Source: Trichinella spiralis (taxonomy: Eukaryota). Taken from it: a DNA stretch of 64,000 nt. The translations under genes and the position numbers were made by a program. Positions within the stretch are counted from its first letter, which is position 1; the number at the start of each line of letters is the position of its first letter. The stretch lies in the NCBI RefSeq assembly GCF_000181795.1, contig NW_003526944.1, positions 4,620,479 to 4,684,478 on the forward strand, given 5' to 3'. Below the pieces are notes generated by a model. That model did not search any database and was not told where the DNA came from. It was given only the letters and a program-made list of their open reading frames with translations. Below, piece by piece: positions 12,242-25,993 of this stretch.

Positions 12242-13276
12242 GGCGTTTATTAAGTCACTTATCATCTCATGTTGAGAATTCAGAGAAAATATACTGAGAA
12301 AATATGCTCAATATCGATTCTCAATTGCATTGTCAATTGATTTCGAATTATAAATGAAAAAAACTGCCACTTACCGCAAAATGCGTCATCTTCTCAATGA
12401 TGATCTTCATGCACTTTGGATGTTGATTAAAAAATTATTTTTCAGAAATTATTCCAAAAAATAATAATGAATAAAAAGCAAATTTATTATTTGTGATTTG
12501 ATATTGGTCTTCAGTTAATTTTCCAATCCAAACGCAGTGCTTCTATCCACGGACGGCCTCAAACTAAAATTATTTCCAATATGTCAACAAAGCGAACGTC
12601 CTAGCATGCAAATTTTTATTCCATTCGTTTCTGCTGATAAATATGGCTACTGTATATTTTTCATTGCCCTTCATTTTCTTAACTGATGCACACTGTTTGA
12701 GGAGAAAATTTTGAAACAAAGTAATTTAATGACAGTTATTTCNNNNNNNNNNGCGTTTATTAAGTCACTTATCATCTCATGTTGAGAATTCAGAGAAAAT
12801 ATACTGAGAAAAATATGCTCAATATCGATTCTCAAATGCATTGTCAAGTGATTACGACTTATTAAATGAAAAAAAACTACCCACTTACCGCAAAATGCGT
12901 CATCTTTCTCAAATGATGATCTTTCATGCACTTTGGGATGTTGATTAAAAAAATTATTTTTCAGAAAATTATTCCAAAAAAATAATAATGAAATAAAAAA
13001 GCAAATTTTATTATTTGTGATTTGATATTTGGTCTTCAGTTAATTTTTCCCAATCCCAAACGCAGTGCTTTCTATACACGGGACGGGCCTCAAACTAAAA
13101 ATATTTTCCAATATGTCACCAAGGGGAACGTCCTTGCCAGCCAATTTTTTATTCCATTGGTTTCTGCTGATAAATAGGGCTACCTGTATATTTTTCATTG
13201 CCCTTCATTTTCTTAACTGATGCACACTGTTTGAGGAGAAAATTTTGAAACAAAGTAATTTAATGACAGTTATTTC
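12242..13276. repeat. ~500-bp direct duplication across an N-gap (probable assembly artefact)
   Basis: 12242-12742 is repeated at 12753-13276, differing mainly in homopolymer length, with 10 Ns between the copies. Confidence 0.75.
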
Positions 13277-16154
13277 AAAATTCAAAAATGACAGTGACAT
13301 TTAAAATAAAGTCAAAATATAAACTATCTGACAAAAAACGCCATAATAGAACCATTGTCTTAGCCAAAACAAAACGCATGTCTTAAGTTTGGATTTGAAT
13401 ATTCAAAAATGACCTACAAAAATGGAACTTATCGAAAAAAGTTTTTCACCAAAATATATAAGCACACTGCTTTTCTGTGCTGAAAACAGAATGAAGCAGA
13501 CAAAAAATGTAATTTAGCAAATTTCTCTGATGTTACAAAATTAAAAAAATAATACAGTAAAACGATAATGAAGGTAAGCAAACTTCTTGTGTGAAAAAAA
13601 TCCGCTGGAATACGTTCCGTCGAACTTAACAAAGCAGCGGTTCATCGGCAGTGTGAAAACTGCTCCTCAGCAGGCTTAACAAGCCTTTATCGTGCAATAG
13701 TGCACCATCGAGCAAGACAACCTTCAGTGGAATACGAACAAGCGGACGTTTCCACTGCCAATTAATATGAAATAATTATTCTATTCATAATAAACGCTGC
13801 ACATTATTACTATTATTTCTGCCATTTATTTTTTATTTTGAATTCATATTTTTGAATACAACAGATTTAAAAGAGAAATGTTTATCAAAAAATCAATTTT
13901 GTAATCGAAATGAAAACGACAGGAGGAAACTGATGACGATTTGAGCATTTCAAAGCTTCAGAATGCTACCAGCAGTTGTGACATCTGCTGTTCAAACCTG
14001 ATTTATATACGCAACTATTGATGAAAATGCCATACAACATATGCAAATTTGAAAATAGCAATCTAACAACATAGACGAAATATAGATATAATAAGTGAAA
14101 ACAGTGGGTGCTGAGTATTTTGGCATTTTCAACAAATCCGAACCGGAAATTATTTGGATTCTTTCAGTTTATGGACGATCGTTTTCATAGTACACTGAAG
14201 CAAAAAGAAAACAATCACGTAAATAATAAACATAACTTTAAAAAACAAATATTTGTTAAAAAATGAATTTAAAAAAAAATCAATTTAAATTCTCATTCAT
14301 TTTCGATCAATGCAATCAGTCTGATGGAATTCATCTATTTGGGATGTTGTGGAAAAGATGCCATCATTGTGATGATGCATTTGGCTTTTCTGGCCCATGT
14401 TCACGTAGCATAGCAGACAGCCTTTACACTTTGGTGCATCAGTACCAAATATGTTGGCAATTTGATATTGCTCTGCATACGAGTGGGCGCAGGACAGCAA
14501 ATCAACCACCAATAAAATAATAAAGAACAAGCAAAAGTTTCCACTGCAATTTGTGATTTTTATATTTAATATGAAGCCAAAATGCTATTATTACTGCCAT
14601 TCATATTTTTATTTCAAATCTCTTTGTTTGAATACAGCATTTTGAAAAATGAAATATTTATCAAAAAATGAATTTTGTTATCAAAATTTAAATTTACGTG
14701 CAGTATGAAATAAAAATACTGCATTCTATTATTATTAGCATAGGATTCTTGCTGTTCTGTGTGAAGCTTTTCTGAAAAGCTTAAAAACGTAAAGCGCCTG
14801 CTATACTGCAGCATGAAAATGAAAATATTTCATTTTATCATTTACATATATGATTTTTGAAATTTTCTGCATGAAATTTATTTGAAAAGTTGTAAAAGAA
14901 TGGGGTGGGGTGTCCGTTGGTCGTCAATTTCAGTGCAACTTCTTCGTTATCACTCATCAATTAGTAGAGCACTTGCAATGTTGATTGCAATCTGGATTAC
15001 GGAAAACATCTTAACAGGTCGTCTATTTGGGTACCGGCGCTACACAAATCGACACATCAACCATCAGTGGAGTACGAACATGCGGACGTCTCCACTGCCG
15101 ATTGAAATAAAACATTTTTTCTATTTATAATTAGGAATATACAAATTATTGTAGCCATTTTATCTTTTATTTTCAACCTCTTTGCTTAAAATTTTGCATT
15201 TTTATTTAAATAATTACCATTTAGATCATTAGGCTTTAGTTTCAATGGTTTCAGTTCAAAGAACAGCAAAATTTATAGTTCTGTTCATGTATTTTTCAGC
15301 AATATTAAAAAATAAAGTTTTCTCAAAATTGTATTACTTTACCTGAATACATTCAGAAATGAAGTTCAAATACATCCGAACCATTGATGACGACATATTC
15401 GTTGTGATTATGTTAATTAAATTTCCATTGTTTGATATAAATCTTTCAACAATGTGCATATAATAAAATCAAGAAAGTGGCATGGGAGATTATTTTTCAA
15501 TTTCACAAATGTAAATTTTCAAATTCGCTATTAACAACATCAAATATTCATATAATTATTGTTCTTGAAAATTGATTTTGTAATACAGACTCCCTACAGT
15601 TGAAAATTTTTGTTTTCCAACTTTGATTCAAACTGAACAATTTATTATGAAATGAAACCGAATATGCGTTGTTAATTTCATTGTTTTGATGCGTCATTAA
15701 AAATTATTCATTTCCATCAATATAAATTATATTAAAAGTTTGTCTACAAAACTGCTGCGTCGAATAATAAAAAAAAAGAATTAATTAAAATTGACACTTG
15801 CTTAATATCAGTAAAATATGATTGAATGATTGAACAATTTTACAATGTGCTTATGCTTCGTTTTTTAATATGCTTACACTTTGAATGTGAGAAACATGGC
15901 AATGGGATGTTAAAGAACATTTCTACCAATTCGATTGATTGTAATTGAATATTATATAAATTTTTAATTAAATAATATTGTCCTGTTAATTTCTTCATTT
16001 CAATATGAACAGTTTAGATATTTGTTTGTCAGTTACTTCGAAATATGGATTCAAACAATCCATCGCCCTAACAGTAATTATCGTGGCAAAAAAAATGTCT
16101 GCCAGTTTACTGGATATGCACATTTTCACATTAAGTCAAAAACCTGAATTACTC

Positions 16155-16290
16155 TTTCCGGATGATGAATAGCTGTTCGGATGTGTCGAATTCCAAATCT
16201 ATCTACGAATAATCTCTTAAAATTCCTGAGAAACAAAAAATATTGCATCGTCTGTGACAATGATCTCTGGCAGGCCATGTTTCGCAATTT
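16155..16290 (-). mobile_element. Ty3/Gypsy integrase core remnant
   Basis: Minus strand reads KHGLPEIIVTDDAIFFVSQEF*E... and FGIRHIRTAIHHPE, matching the rve pattern GLPxxIVSDNG..F.S.EF...GI.H..T.PYHP. Contains stops and a frameshift. Confidence 0.7.
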
Positions 16291-18929
16291 CACACTGCAT
16301 TATTTCAAATCTCAACCATACAGGTTTGTCCTTAGCTTAATTCAACTGGTGGATCACTTCATCGTTTCGAAGTATCCTCATACCAGACCTACAAAATAGG
16401 GACCCACGGGAGACCCTGTATACCTTTTGTTTTCCATTTCTGCTTCATGTCGCCCGCATCTTCATTATTTTTCGAATCGATTAAAATACGAAACATAAAA
16501 TCAAATGCTCACCTTCCTAAGCAGTAAAAATTGTAAATATTATGTTAATTTTAAAATCATATCCTCAAAAATAACCTATTATTGCTTTTCAATTAAACGG
16601 AGAGTTCACAAAATTGAATCATTACAGACTCAACATCCACTTGTCATTTATAATTTGAAGTTATAACGATCACGTGAAAAAGAATGCGACTTCTCATCAT
16701 TGAACTCCACCTCGTTCTTCCACTGCAATGATAAATCATAATTAATAACTTACTAATAATTGAAATAAAGTAGAACAAAAATCATATCTGCTTCGTGGAT
16801 GCTCATCCCGCTTTTCAGTGCTTGCTCATCCTTGTTCAGTCACCGCACATCGTAGCCCTATTATTTTCNNNNNNNNNNNNNNNNNNNNNNNNNNNNNNNN
16901 NNNNNNNNNNNNNNNNNNNNNNNNNNNNNNNNNNNNNNNNNNNNNNNNNNNNNNNNNNNNNNNNNNNNNNNNNNNNTCTGCTTCGGTGGATGCTTCATCC
17001 CCGCTTTTTCAGTGCTTGCTCATCCTTGTTCAGTCACCGCACATCGTTAGCCTATAATTTCTTGAAATGTAACTCACCGATTGACCGCAACTGAATAAAG
17101 ATATTACATAGCCACGTCAGCAGAACAAACTCAGAACTCTGCTACTGATAATGGCAGTGTTTAGAGGAAAGCTGATTTACATAATTAAAAAACAACCTTA
17201 ACATATTGTTATTCAACCTGTTTGTTTGAATGCAACATATTAAAAAAAGAAATATCAAAAAATTAATTTTACAATGAAAATTTCAATTTACGTGCAGCAT
17301 GAAAATAAAAATGTTTCATTTTATCATTTACATATATGATTTTTGCAATTTTCCGTATGAAATTTATTTAAAAAATTTGAACTGATAAGAATGCCTACTG
17401 ATACTCACCAGAGAGTGCAGTCAAAGTCTCACTGAACGTTGACTTTCACCAACCTCCTTGGTGAGCACAACTCATCAGCGGTACCCAAAGTGACACATCA
17501 ACCATCAGTGGAATACGAACATGCAGACGTCTCCACTGCCTATTGCTATAAAATATTTTTTGTATTTATAATTAAATATACAAACTATCATTGCCATTTA
17601 TTTTTTTATTTTAAACATTATGTTTGTTTAGAATTTTATAATATTTTTATTCAAATACTTCCCATTTATATATATTGAAATTCTTTACTTTCGTAATTGA
17701 AATGATTAATATCATAAAAGCACAGCTTTGTTTTTGATAAAACCTTTTTTATAAATAAAAGTGTGAAAATAATAAAACTACAATATCGAAATGCTTGAAA
17801 GGAAAATTTATATATACGTTGCTGACTAATGTATTGCTTTAAATTAATAAAATTATAAGAGAAAAATTTGCACAAAAAGAAATTATTTTTGTCTCCATAT
17901 TAGATCATATTTCGACTATATTATTAGATAATGTTACAAATACATTTTATTAAAATGCTATTCCATAGTTTCTTGCCTCAGTTTAACTCTTTTATTTCTC
18001 CTGATTGCACCACATGTCATGAAGAATATTAATCTGCAACAATTGAATTTCAATTAATTTATGCAAATTTTGAATATCAAAAGAATAATTTACATTCAGT
18101 CGTATTTGTTTCAGAAATATCAAGTGATTTTGATTTTCAAAAAAATTTTATAAAATATAATACGGTTAAAGTAGTTATATGTTAAATGAATAAGAGGCTC
18201 TAAGCAACGCTGATTTGCATAGTACACGCGTAGCCTTTTTGGTTAATTATTTACAAAATGATTATACAACGCTTTGAACGGCCTCAAACTAAAATCCAAT
18301 TTGTCAATAAAGCAAACGAACTCGCATGCAAATTTTTATTTTATTCATTTCTCCTGATGAATAAGACTAGTAGTGGCACATTTTTCATTGCGCTTTATTT
18401 ACTTAACTAATGCACTGTGTTTGTGGAGAAAATTCTGTTCCAGCCATGACAAACATAAAAGCAATTCGCATTGCGGAAACACAAATTTCATCTTCATTAC
18501 AAAATATATTTTAATTATTAAAACTTAGATAAATACAAGAAATGAACTGCATAATCATTTTATATTAAATGCTGGCTTGTTGAAAGAAGTGAGAAAGAGT
18601 AATAATTTGAAGAAGTAATTCACACAGAGTGACAAATTGAACAATCAATAACAGTTATTTGAAAATTCAAAAATGACCTTGACATTTAAAATCCAGTCAA
18701 AATATAAACTATCTGACAAAAAACGTCATAACAAAAACATTGTCTTAGCCAAAACACGCCTCCGCATGTCTTGGAATTTCAAATTCAAAAATGACCTACA
18801 AAAATGGAACTAACTCACTGCAAAAAATCTAAAGTATATGGCTGCGCATTCTGACAAACAAAATTAACCAGAGCAAATATCTCTGATGACGTTGAATAAA
18901 ATATTAATATAAAATGATAATAAATAACT

Positions 18930-19120
18930 CTCGGAGTAGTACCGATTTCCCGCCAACCAAGTCGCCTACTTTTCCCACGTAAATTTCATTCGTTATCGTG
19001 CAGCTAAAATTCAATGGTTGTCAGTCTGATGGGATTAGGTTGCCCAGAGAAAGATCTGCTTAACTCTTAATTGTCTTAGCTAACAAGACACGTCGGGGAC
19101 AATCACTATGCAAATTCATG
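18930..19120 (+). mobile_element. LTR-like repeat related to 4700-4880
   Basis: Shares GTTGCCCAGA...CTGCTTAACTCT...GCTAACA...TATGCAAATTC, in the same order, with 4800-4880. Confidence 0.5.
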
Positions 19121-20519
19121 AAAAGTGTGCAACCTGTACTACGTGGGGATACCGTTCCTGGCGTCGTTGTGTTTTACGTTGAATTATGAACAAAAATCGA
19201 AAATGAAATGCACAAAATCACAGATATTAATACGGATGGTTGTACGGTTTCCACGGGGAAAGAGTACTGATGAATTATGACGCACGCTTCACGTACAACT
19301 ATTTGAAAACAAGCCTGAAAGCAAGCAAATGACATTTGGATACAAAGTTGCATTATGCTGCATTTTAAAGATTATTAAACATAACAGCCATTTTCAATTA
19401 GAATATTAATTACACAACTGGAGCAAAGAGAGTGAGGTAATATGCACATAACAACAACAGATAGCACAACGTACCCTGTTCGACGTCATTAATATTACTA
19501 ATTTCTACGAATTCATTGTTTAATTAACGTAGCAATCAGTTTTTGATATTTCGCTTTTGATAACAAAATGGAAATGATGGCAGAAAATAAAAGTAAAAAA
19601 CAGTTACAAAACAATAACATTTACTGGAAACGTCAGCATAATGAATGAATAGTTTTATGTAATGCCACGCACATGTAATGTGCAGTGATACGTCAGTGAA
19701 ACGTGAGAACCTTTCAAATGTTTTATTTTAAGCAAACACAATACAATGTTCACACATACAATGATCGGCTATTATTAAAAGATAATTACACAGCGCACAA
19801 ATACTGCAAATCAAAGGTTGAAAATTTAATACATCCTCCCTGGCTGGCAGTGGAGGAACTCCATTTACAATCTCGGCTTCAATTAACGTCTTCTTCTTTA
19901 GACGCCTAATTGCACACGTCTGATGGTTGTGTTCACGGCCTTCATCTTACCATCCTTGAATGGATTTGTCGTACTGCTCTCACTTTCTTCGGATTTTTCA
20001 TCCACAGCGTGATGTTAGCGACGTTCCGAAGAAAACGATACTCGTTGAATCACACATCACGATGGCTTGCGAACCCACAACCAACGTTTCCATTAGCTTC
20101 AAACCAACCACTTGCGGTAATTAAAAGGTAGGATCCGTACTCTGGATTTTTTTTAACAATAAATGTTTGCAGAAAGAAAACCATAATCCGGAACTGGTAC
20201 GCAGCTAAAGCAGATCAGTAGTGGATAACAGCTGATTTTGCTAGAGACGAGTTTTGTTTTCATAATAGCAACCATTTTTTCAAACTGTTAATTGTATTCA
20301 GCTGTTTAAAAACGGCACAGCTATCCAGGTCCTTGCCTTAAAAAGCTTTCCAATTGCAAGTGACAGACGGTACTTTTTTGTCATGGTAAATAATCTGCAA
20401 AGTTCTTTCATCGCCGGTGCTTCGACTTTTCTTTCTCAATCTGATGGTAACATCTCAAATGTTCTTGATTTTCATAGAATTCTTTTTTTCACGTTGTGAG
20501 TTGAAGTTCCAGTTTTGTT

Positions 20520-21312
20520 GTATCGCAAGAAAAACGCCTCAGGCCACTTGAACGTTAACTGTACATTGTATGTGGTGTGATTCGTACGTTGCCTCTGAGA
20601 TTCCTGGGAAATCCATTCTCACACGCTATGAAAATTATTCTACCAATTCTGTTTGCACAACAACATTCACATGGAGGTTCACACCTTGTAGGAGTCTTGC
20701 AAAGTAGCTATCGTTTTAGCTGGAACACTCCTTAACCCGAACGGCATGACTTTAAATTAGTACAACCCGAATTAAGTCAGAGACAACGTCAGCCTCGTTG
20801 AACTTGGTTGTAGCTTTCACCAAAGCCAGTTACATTCAGAACTGGGACATATATAGTCAGTAGTTTTGTCTGCAACGCATCAGACTCCGCTATCGTGTCG
20901 TCTAGCTTGTCGAACACTCTGCTGTTGTATCGCTGGTTCCTTCTAGTTAAGCGTCACCAGAAACCACTGGCAACTTGGAATACCGTTAATTCTGAGGAAT
21001 ATTTCAAACGCTTTTAGCCGGGATCACGTTCGGTGCTTGATGTAAATAACGCTGGTTGATGCCAATATAGAGCAGGAAGATCGCTTCTCAAACAGGCCCG
21101 CAATTACAACGCGCCTCTCGCTCGGTGACGCAATTCGATTCGTTAATCTTGACCAGTGCTTCTGGAGGGTCTTCTTCTTCAGCTTCTCGATGAAACATTA
21201 GTGATACACTATTTAGTATCAATCTAGCACAAATACCAGTAACACACGCACACAGCCTGTGCTACTCGCAAATCAACCTCTATCCATTCATATGTGAACA
21301 CATCTATTTACA
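20520..21312 (-). mobile_element. Deleted Ty3/Gypsy element: LTR (21041-21312) plus RT and integrase fragments
   Basis: 272-bp segment bounded by the inverted ends TGTAAATA...TATTTACA. On the - strand ~20770-20720 reads GLY*FKVMPFGLRSVPA (RT motif) and ~20555-20528 reads TFKWPEAFFL (integrase SKWPEA motif). Confidence 0.75.
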
Positions 21313-22053
21313 TCCACGTACATACCGACTGCATAATGATTTTCAGGTGCCATAAAATATACGGTACTTTTTTATAATTGCAATTACATTTCATTTAGTT
21401 GTAACTTCCCGAAATAGAATGGTGTTTTTAGGATTATAAACAAAGAAAGAAAAGAAAAGAAAAAATAACAAACAGTACACCCCAGCATGATGACCAAATC
21501 CTTTTCCACCAGCTACCACCAAATATAAATTATTTATAGCAGAAGAATACTGTATGTTTTGACTCATAGGTTCCTATTGGAGTTATACATTTTACTATTA
21601 TACAACAGCAAAATTTTAAAGTGGTTTATTTATTACTAAAAGACAAAAATTAAAGCAAAATAAACGAAAAAGCAGAATTTTTTTCAGTGTTTTTCTAACT
21701 TGTGAGAGAAAATTTTTTCAAAATGAAAACTGCCTTTTAAATTGGCTTCTACCGATTCTTAGCAACGATATTTTTGCCATCCGATCAAACTGTTGATGAT
21801 TGTTTTACCAGGCAATTGAGTTTTTTACAATTGTAAAAAAACCACTTCATTTCTCATTCAGTTGAAATTCTTGTTTTATTCTTTATTTTAAAAAAGCTTG
21901 TTTTTCAATTAAAATTACAGTAAATGGTGAAGTTGATTTTATCAGTACTTTGAAAGAACTATTCGTGAAGCAAGTTCGCGAACGCAATAATTAACAATTA
22001 TAAATCGAAGATATATTAATTTCCAAGAGCAGCATAATTCATTTACAAATCAA

Positions 22054-23952
22054 ATGAAAAGTTGTGAAGCAATTATTTTTACAGCTCATTTCACTTTTGC
22101 ACTTATTCAATGCGTGGGAAGTTCTGAATTGAAATTAATTTTTACACAAGTGGTAGGTGAAAAGTTCATATGAAAAAAAATCTGATCTTTCACTAATTAT
22201 CGCATTATGCATTATTTTATTGCGAATAATGAATGTCATTCTTTGCCAGTATCAATTTATAATTTTGTTCATTATAGAATTGAATATGATTGAGTGAATT
22301 ATTTAAAATTTTGAAAATTTATGTATTTAAGGTTTTTCTTTTTCTAATCTATACATGAAAAAAAATACATAATTAATGATTTCAAATGCTTGCTTTGTTG
22401 ATAATATATTATCAAACAACGAACCAATGTTCAGCTTTACCGCCACGGTGAACGTACCCCACTCAGCACTTACCCGAATGATCCGTATAAAGAAGACGCC
22501 TGGCCAAATGGATTCAAACAATTGACAGTGGTGAGTGAATTTCATTTAAATAATTTTTTAATGATAAAAAGTAAAAAATGAAAAAACTCGCATTTTTCAA
22601 GGAAGGTTGTCGCCAGCAGTACGAACTTGGAAACTTTCTACGTAGAAAATATTCAAAATTGCTTTCAAAATCGTACAAATCGCACGAAGTATGAAATTAT
22701 AATTATTATTATTATTATTATTAATTAGTTTTTTCTTTTCAATTTTAAATTTCCCCCGTTTGAGATTTATGTACGCTCAACGAACACCAGCAGGACGTTG
22801 GCAAGCGCTGCTTGCAATTTGGCCGGCCTATATCGAAACTTTCAACCAGAACCAAATCCCATTCACACAGTACCAGAAGAAGAGGATTTTGTAGTCAACA
22901 TATCGATTATACATTGATGAATGAATTGCAAAGAAAAAATAATCTGCTTTATTTAAGCTTCTCAGAACAGGCTTACCATGTCCTGGTTATGATTTGGCGT
23001 TTAAGAAAGATTCACGAAAAGTGTTCTCGAAAATTGACAAAGCTAATGAAGATTTTTTCAAATTTGTCTCAAAAATGTCCGGCATTCGCGATGCTAGTAC
23101 AAAAAACATAGGAAGGCTGGTTGGTGCTTTGGAACGTGAAATTAGAAACAACTTCATCATGCCGGATTGGATTTTCGCAGTTTGGTGGGATCCAACGATG
23201 GGCAAGTATCGAACAGTCTACGAGATGTTGTACGACATCAATTCTGTCCGACAATTGACCAAATTCAACTCGAAGAAAAAAGCCCGTTATCAGTCAGGTA
23301 AATAAATTAATAAATTATTTCATGATCAATTTTCAAATGAAAATTTCAACTTTCAAATAATAATAATGAAACTTTGTTCTTGAAAATGTTGATTAATTAT
23401 GAATTTTTTCAATCAGTATAATAATTATCATCAAATTGAATGGATTTTTTAAAAAATAATTGATTAATTATTCTTTTTTAATTCATTATCACGCATGAAT
23501 TTTATTAGGTTTCCTCATTGGAACATTGATGAAAAATATGAAGAGAAAAGTGGACAATTTTAAAAAAGAATCCAAAAAAATGAACATGTACTCAACGGTA
23601 AGTGTTGCTTCTTCGACATGATATAGTCGGTTGTAGCTGGGGTCATTTTCCTTTAATTATTCGTTTAATTTAGCACGACGGCACTGTGATGAGTTTAATG
23701 TACGCTTTGGGAATTGGAAACGACATCAATCCGCCAGTTGGATCTTGCATCATGTTTGATTTGTACAAAAATTCCCACACTGATCGTTTCTACGTGGAAA
23801 TTCAATTCAGAAATGATACCAAAGAACGGCCAATTTCGTTGATCTTACCAAAATGTATGCTTAAATTGTGTCCATTGGAAAAAGTTTACAAAATTTTCCA
23901 AAAAATATCCTTCGATCACGTATCTGAACGAAATGAATTTTGTTCGAAATGA
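22054..23952 (+). CDS. Secreted or lysosomal histidine acid phosphatase (7 exons)
   Basis: Spliced reading [42 protein letters not shown]... (RHGxRxP motif), [24 protein letters not shown] (HD motif); signal-like N-terminus; GT-AG introns. Confidence 0.93.
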
Positions 23953-24583
23953 AATAAACATTCGTATTTAGAAGTTTGTTTGACGTTTTTCGTTAAAAGA
24001 CATCAGATGTGGTGCAGTTTTTGAAATTTAATCGTAATTCATTTTGACAATAATCGCCTTAAATTGCCCAAAATTTGGGTTATAAGAAATATTATTTCCC
24101 CACATAAAATTTAACCAGTTTTCTGCAAATTTTCTTGAGAAAATAACAAACAACATTTATTTAGTAGCGAAAAGAAAAAGAAACAGTTCATTTCACTAAT
24201 CAAAGTAAACTTTACAAATAAATCCTTTTAAAATTGTATAAAAGTGTAAATTGATGATGTTCGTATGCTTTAGTGATTTCAATAATTTCAATAGTTTGAA
24301 TAGATTGAAAAAGTAAATATAAAATTATGAGCGCGAAAATCCTACACGGATCACAGACGATACCTAGATACATACAAACATACCTACATGCATGCACCCA
24401 TGTTGTGTGGGAAATGGAAAAAAAATGAACGCTCTTCGACTGTTTTAGCCCTATGGCGTGTCTTTAATTTATAATATAATCATTTTGATTGAAAATTTTA
24501 GACAACTGAAGGCAACGCAAGTAGATCGCCTATAAAGTGCTCATTTCGTGCTCCCACTGACAGCAGTTGAAGGAAATTTAAAA

Positions 24584-25107
24584 ATGAAAGCTACACTATT
24601 TTTGATTCTGCTTTTCATCACTGTTGCAATTGCTGATTTTCAAATGGAATCAGCTCAAGAAGGTAAATCCAAACCTGTAGCTGAACATTTATTTGATCGT
24701 ATGATACATTTAAAATGCAGATAAACTCTTACGGCGTGTTGTACGGCATTACCATTACGGTCACTACCATCATCACGGCTATCATCATTATCATCGTCCT
24801 TATTATCACCACCACGGATTCATAGGTCCACATTGTACGTATAAAATTTTTTTAAATAAATATTTAGTAATAACAGAAATTATTTATTTTTTTATTCAAA
24901 TTGTGAAACATTTCTAAGATCTATTATTATTATTATTTAATTTTTTTACATTTTACATCTCTACTGACATAATATCTATACTAATAACAATATTAATAGT
25001 AAAATTTCAATTACTTATTTATTTATATTGTACTGTGTTTAATTTATTTAGATCACTCCTACCATCGTCCTTATTATCGACCTTATCATCGTCGATACTG
25101 GGGATAA
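24584..25107 (+). CDS. 82-aa secreted His/Tyr-rich prepropeptide (exons 24584-24662, 24721-24834, 25052-25107)
   Basis: MKATLFLILLFITVAIADFQMESAQEDKLLRRVVRHYHYGHYHHHGYHHYHRPYYHHHGFIGPHYHSYHRPYYRPYHRRYWG*. Both GT-AG introns are phase 1 and keep the frame. Signal peptide, RxxR site and terminal Gly are present. Confidence 0.88.
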
Positions 25108-25993
25108 TTGATATTATACCAAAGTGGATTGTTTATTCATATTATTCAAGTTAAGTAAAATGCCACTTTATAATTTAGTACAATTTCAAATATGCAAATA
25201 AATTCAAATATACAAAAATCACTAATGACTGTGCCAATAATTATCACTTGAAAAATGTCAATAAACTGCAGTAAAAACAAAACAAAATATTTCAATAAAA
25301 AATGTTAATAATCAAATTTACATTATATATATAATTCATGCAAAAACGAGTCCATATTCTGTTTTGATATGTGCAAATTAGATTAACTTCGATGTACAAA
25401 ACAGAAAAACATACATTTTAGTACAAGGTGATTCAGTGAAAATAAACAAATCTAGTGCTTCATTTTCTTGACAAATAAAAGTGACACAATGACAATATTA
25501 TTTTCAACAACTTAATTGCCCATGCAACTTTCAATCAAATTCAAGCATCGCTTAATGAATGTGCTGAACTTTATATTTTAATATTTATGACAAAAATTCA
25601 AAATAAAATAATAACAACAAAGCCAAATAATACAAGTGCATGATAAATATTAATTGAAAATCGTATGTATTTTTGTGTAGAAGCTGATTATTTTTTCATG
25701 CACGTTCATGCAACTTCATCAATAGAAATGAAAGTGAAATAGATAAATATACAAATTTTCTTCTCATAATCTGTTAACTATTCAAGCAATTACTCCCCTC
25801 CCCTCCCCAAATAGATGATTGATTATTTTTTTATTACGAGTTGTTCAAATAATATTAAAAAAACATTTTACTCGGATAAAAATAATTAAGAATAAAAAAA
25901 CATCCCCAAAAAACATACAAGGTAGGTAAATTGAACACCAGAGGCCATGCAGAGGCAAAAAGTGGAAGAAGATGTGTGGTGAAAGTTGGAATT

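Larger units (their letters stand above)
10560..18900 (-). pseudogene. Patchwork of decayed, duplicated exon-like modules of an unidentified lineage-specific family
   Basis: Module AAAAATGACCTTGACATTT...GTCAAAATATAAACTAT at ~10910, ~11950, ~13280 and ~18665; on the - strand it follows a TTTTGTAG acceptor and reads VLAKTMxLLWRFLSDSLYFD, with stops. Module GGATAACTTC...TCTGCTTCGTGTCGTCC at ~10570, ~11365 and ~16350. Module CAGTGGA...TCCACTGC at ~13725, ~15065 and ~17506. Confidence 0.45.

Noticed and set aside
16787..17060. Tandem duplicate flanking the N-gap
   Set aside because: Near-identical copies on both sides of a gap with single-base indels; likely unmerged contig ends.
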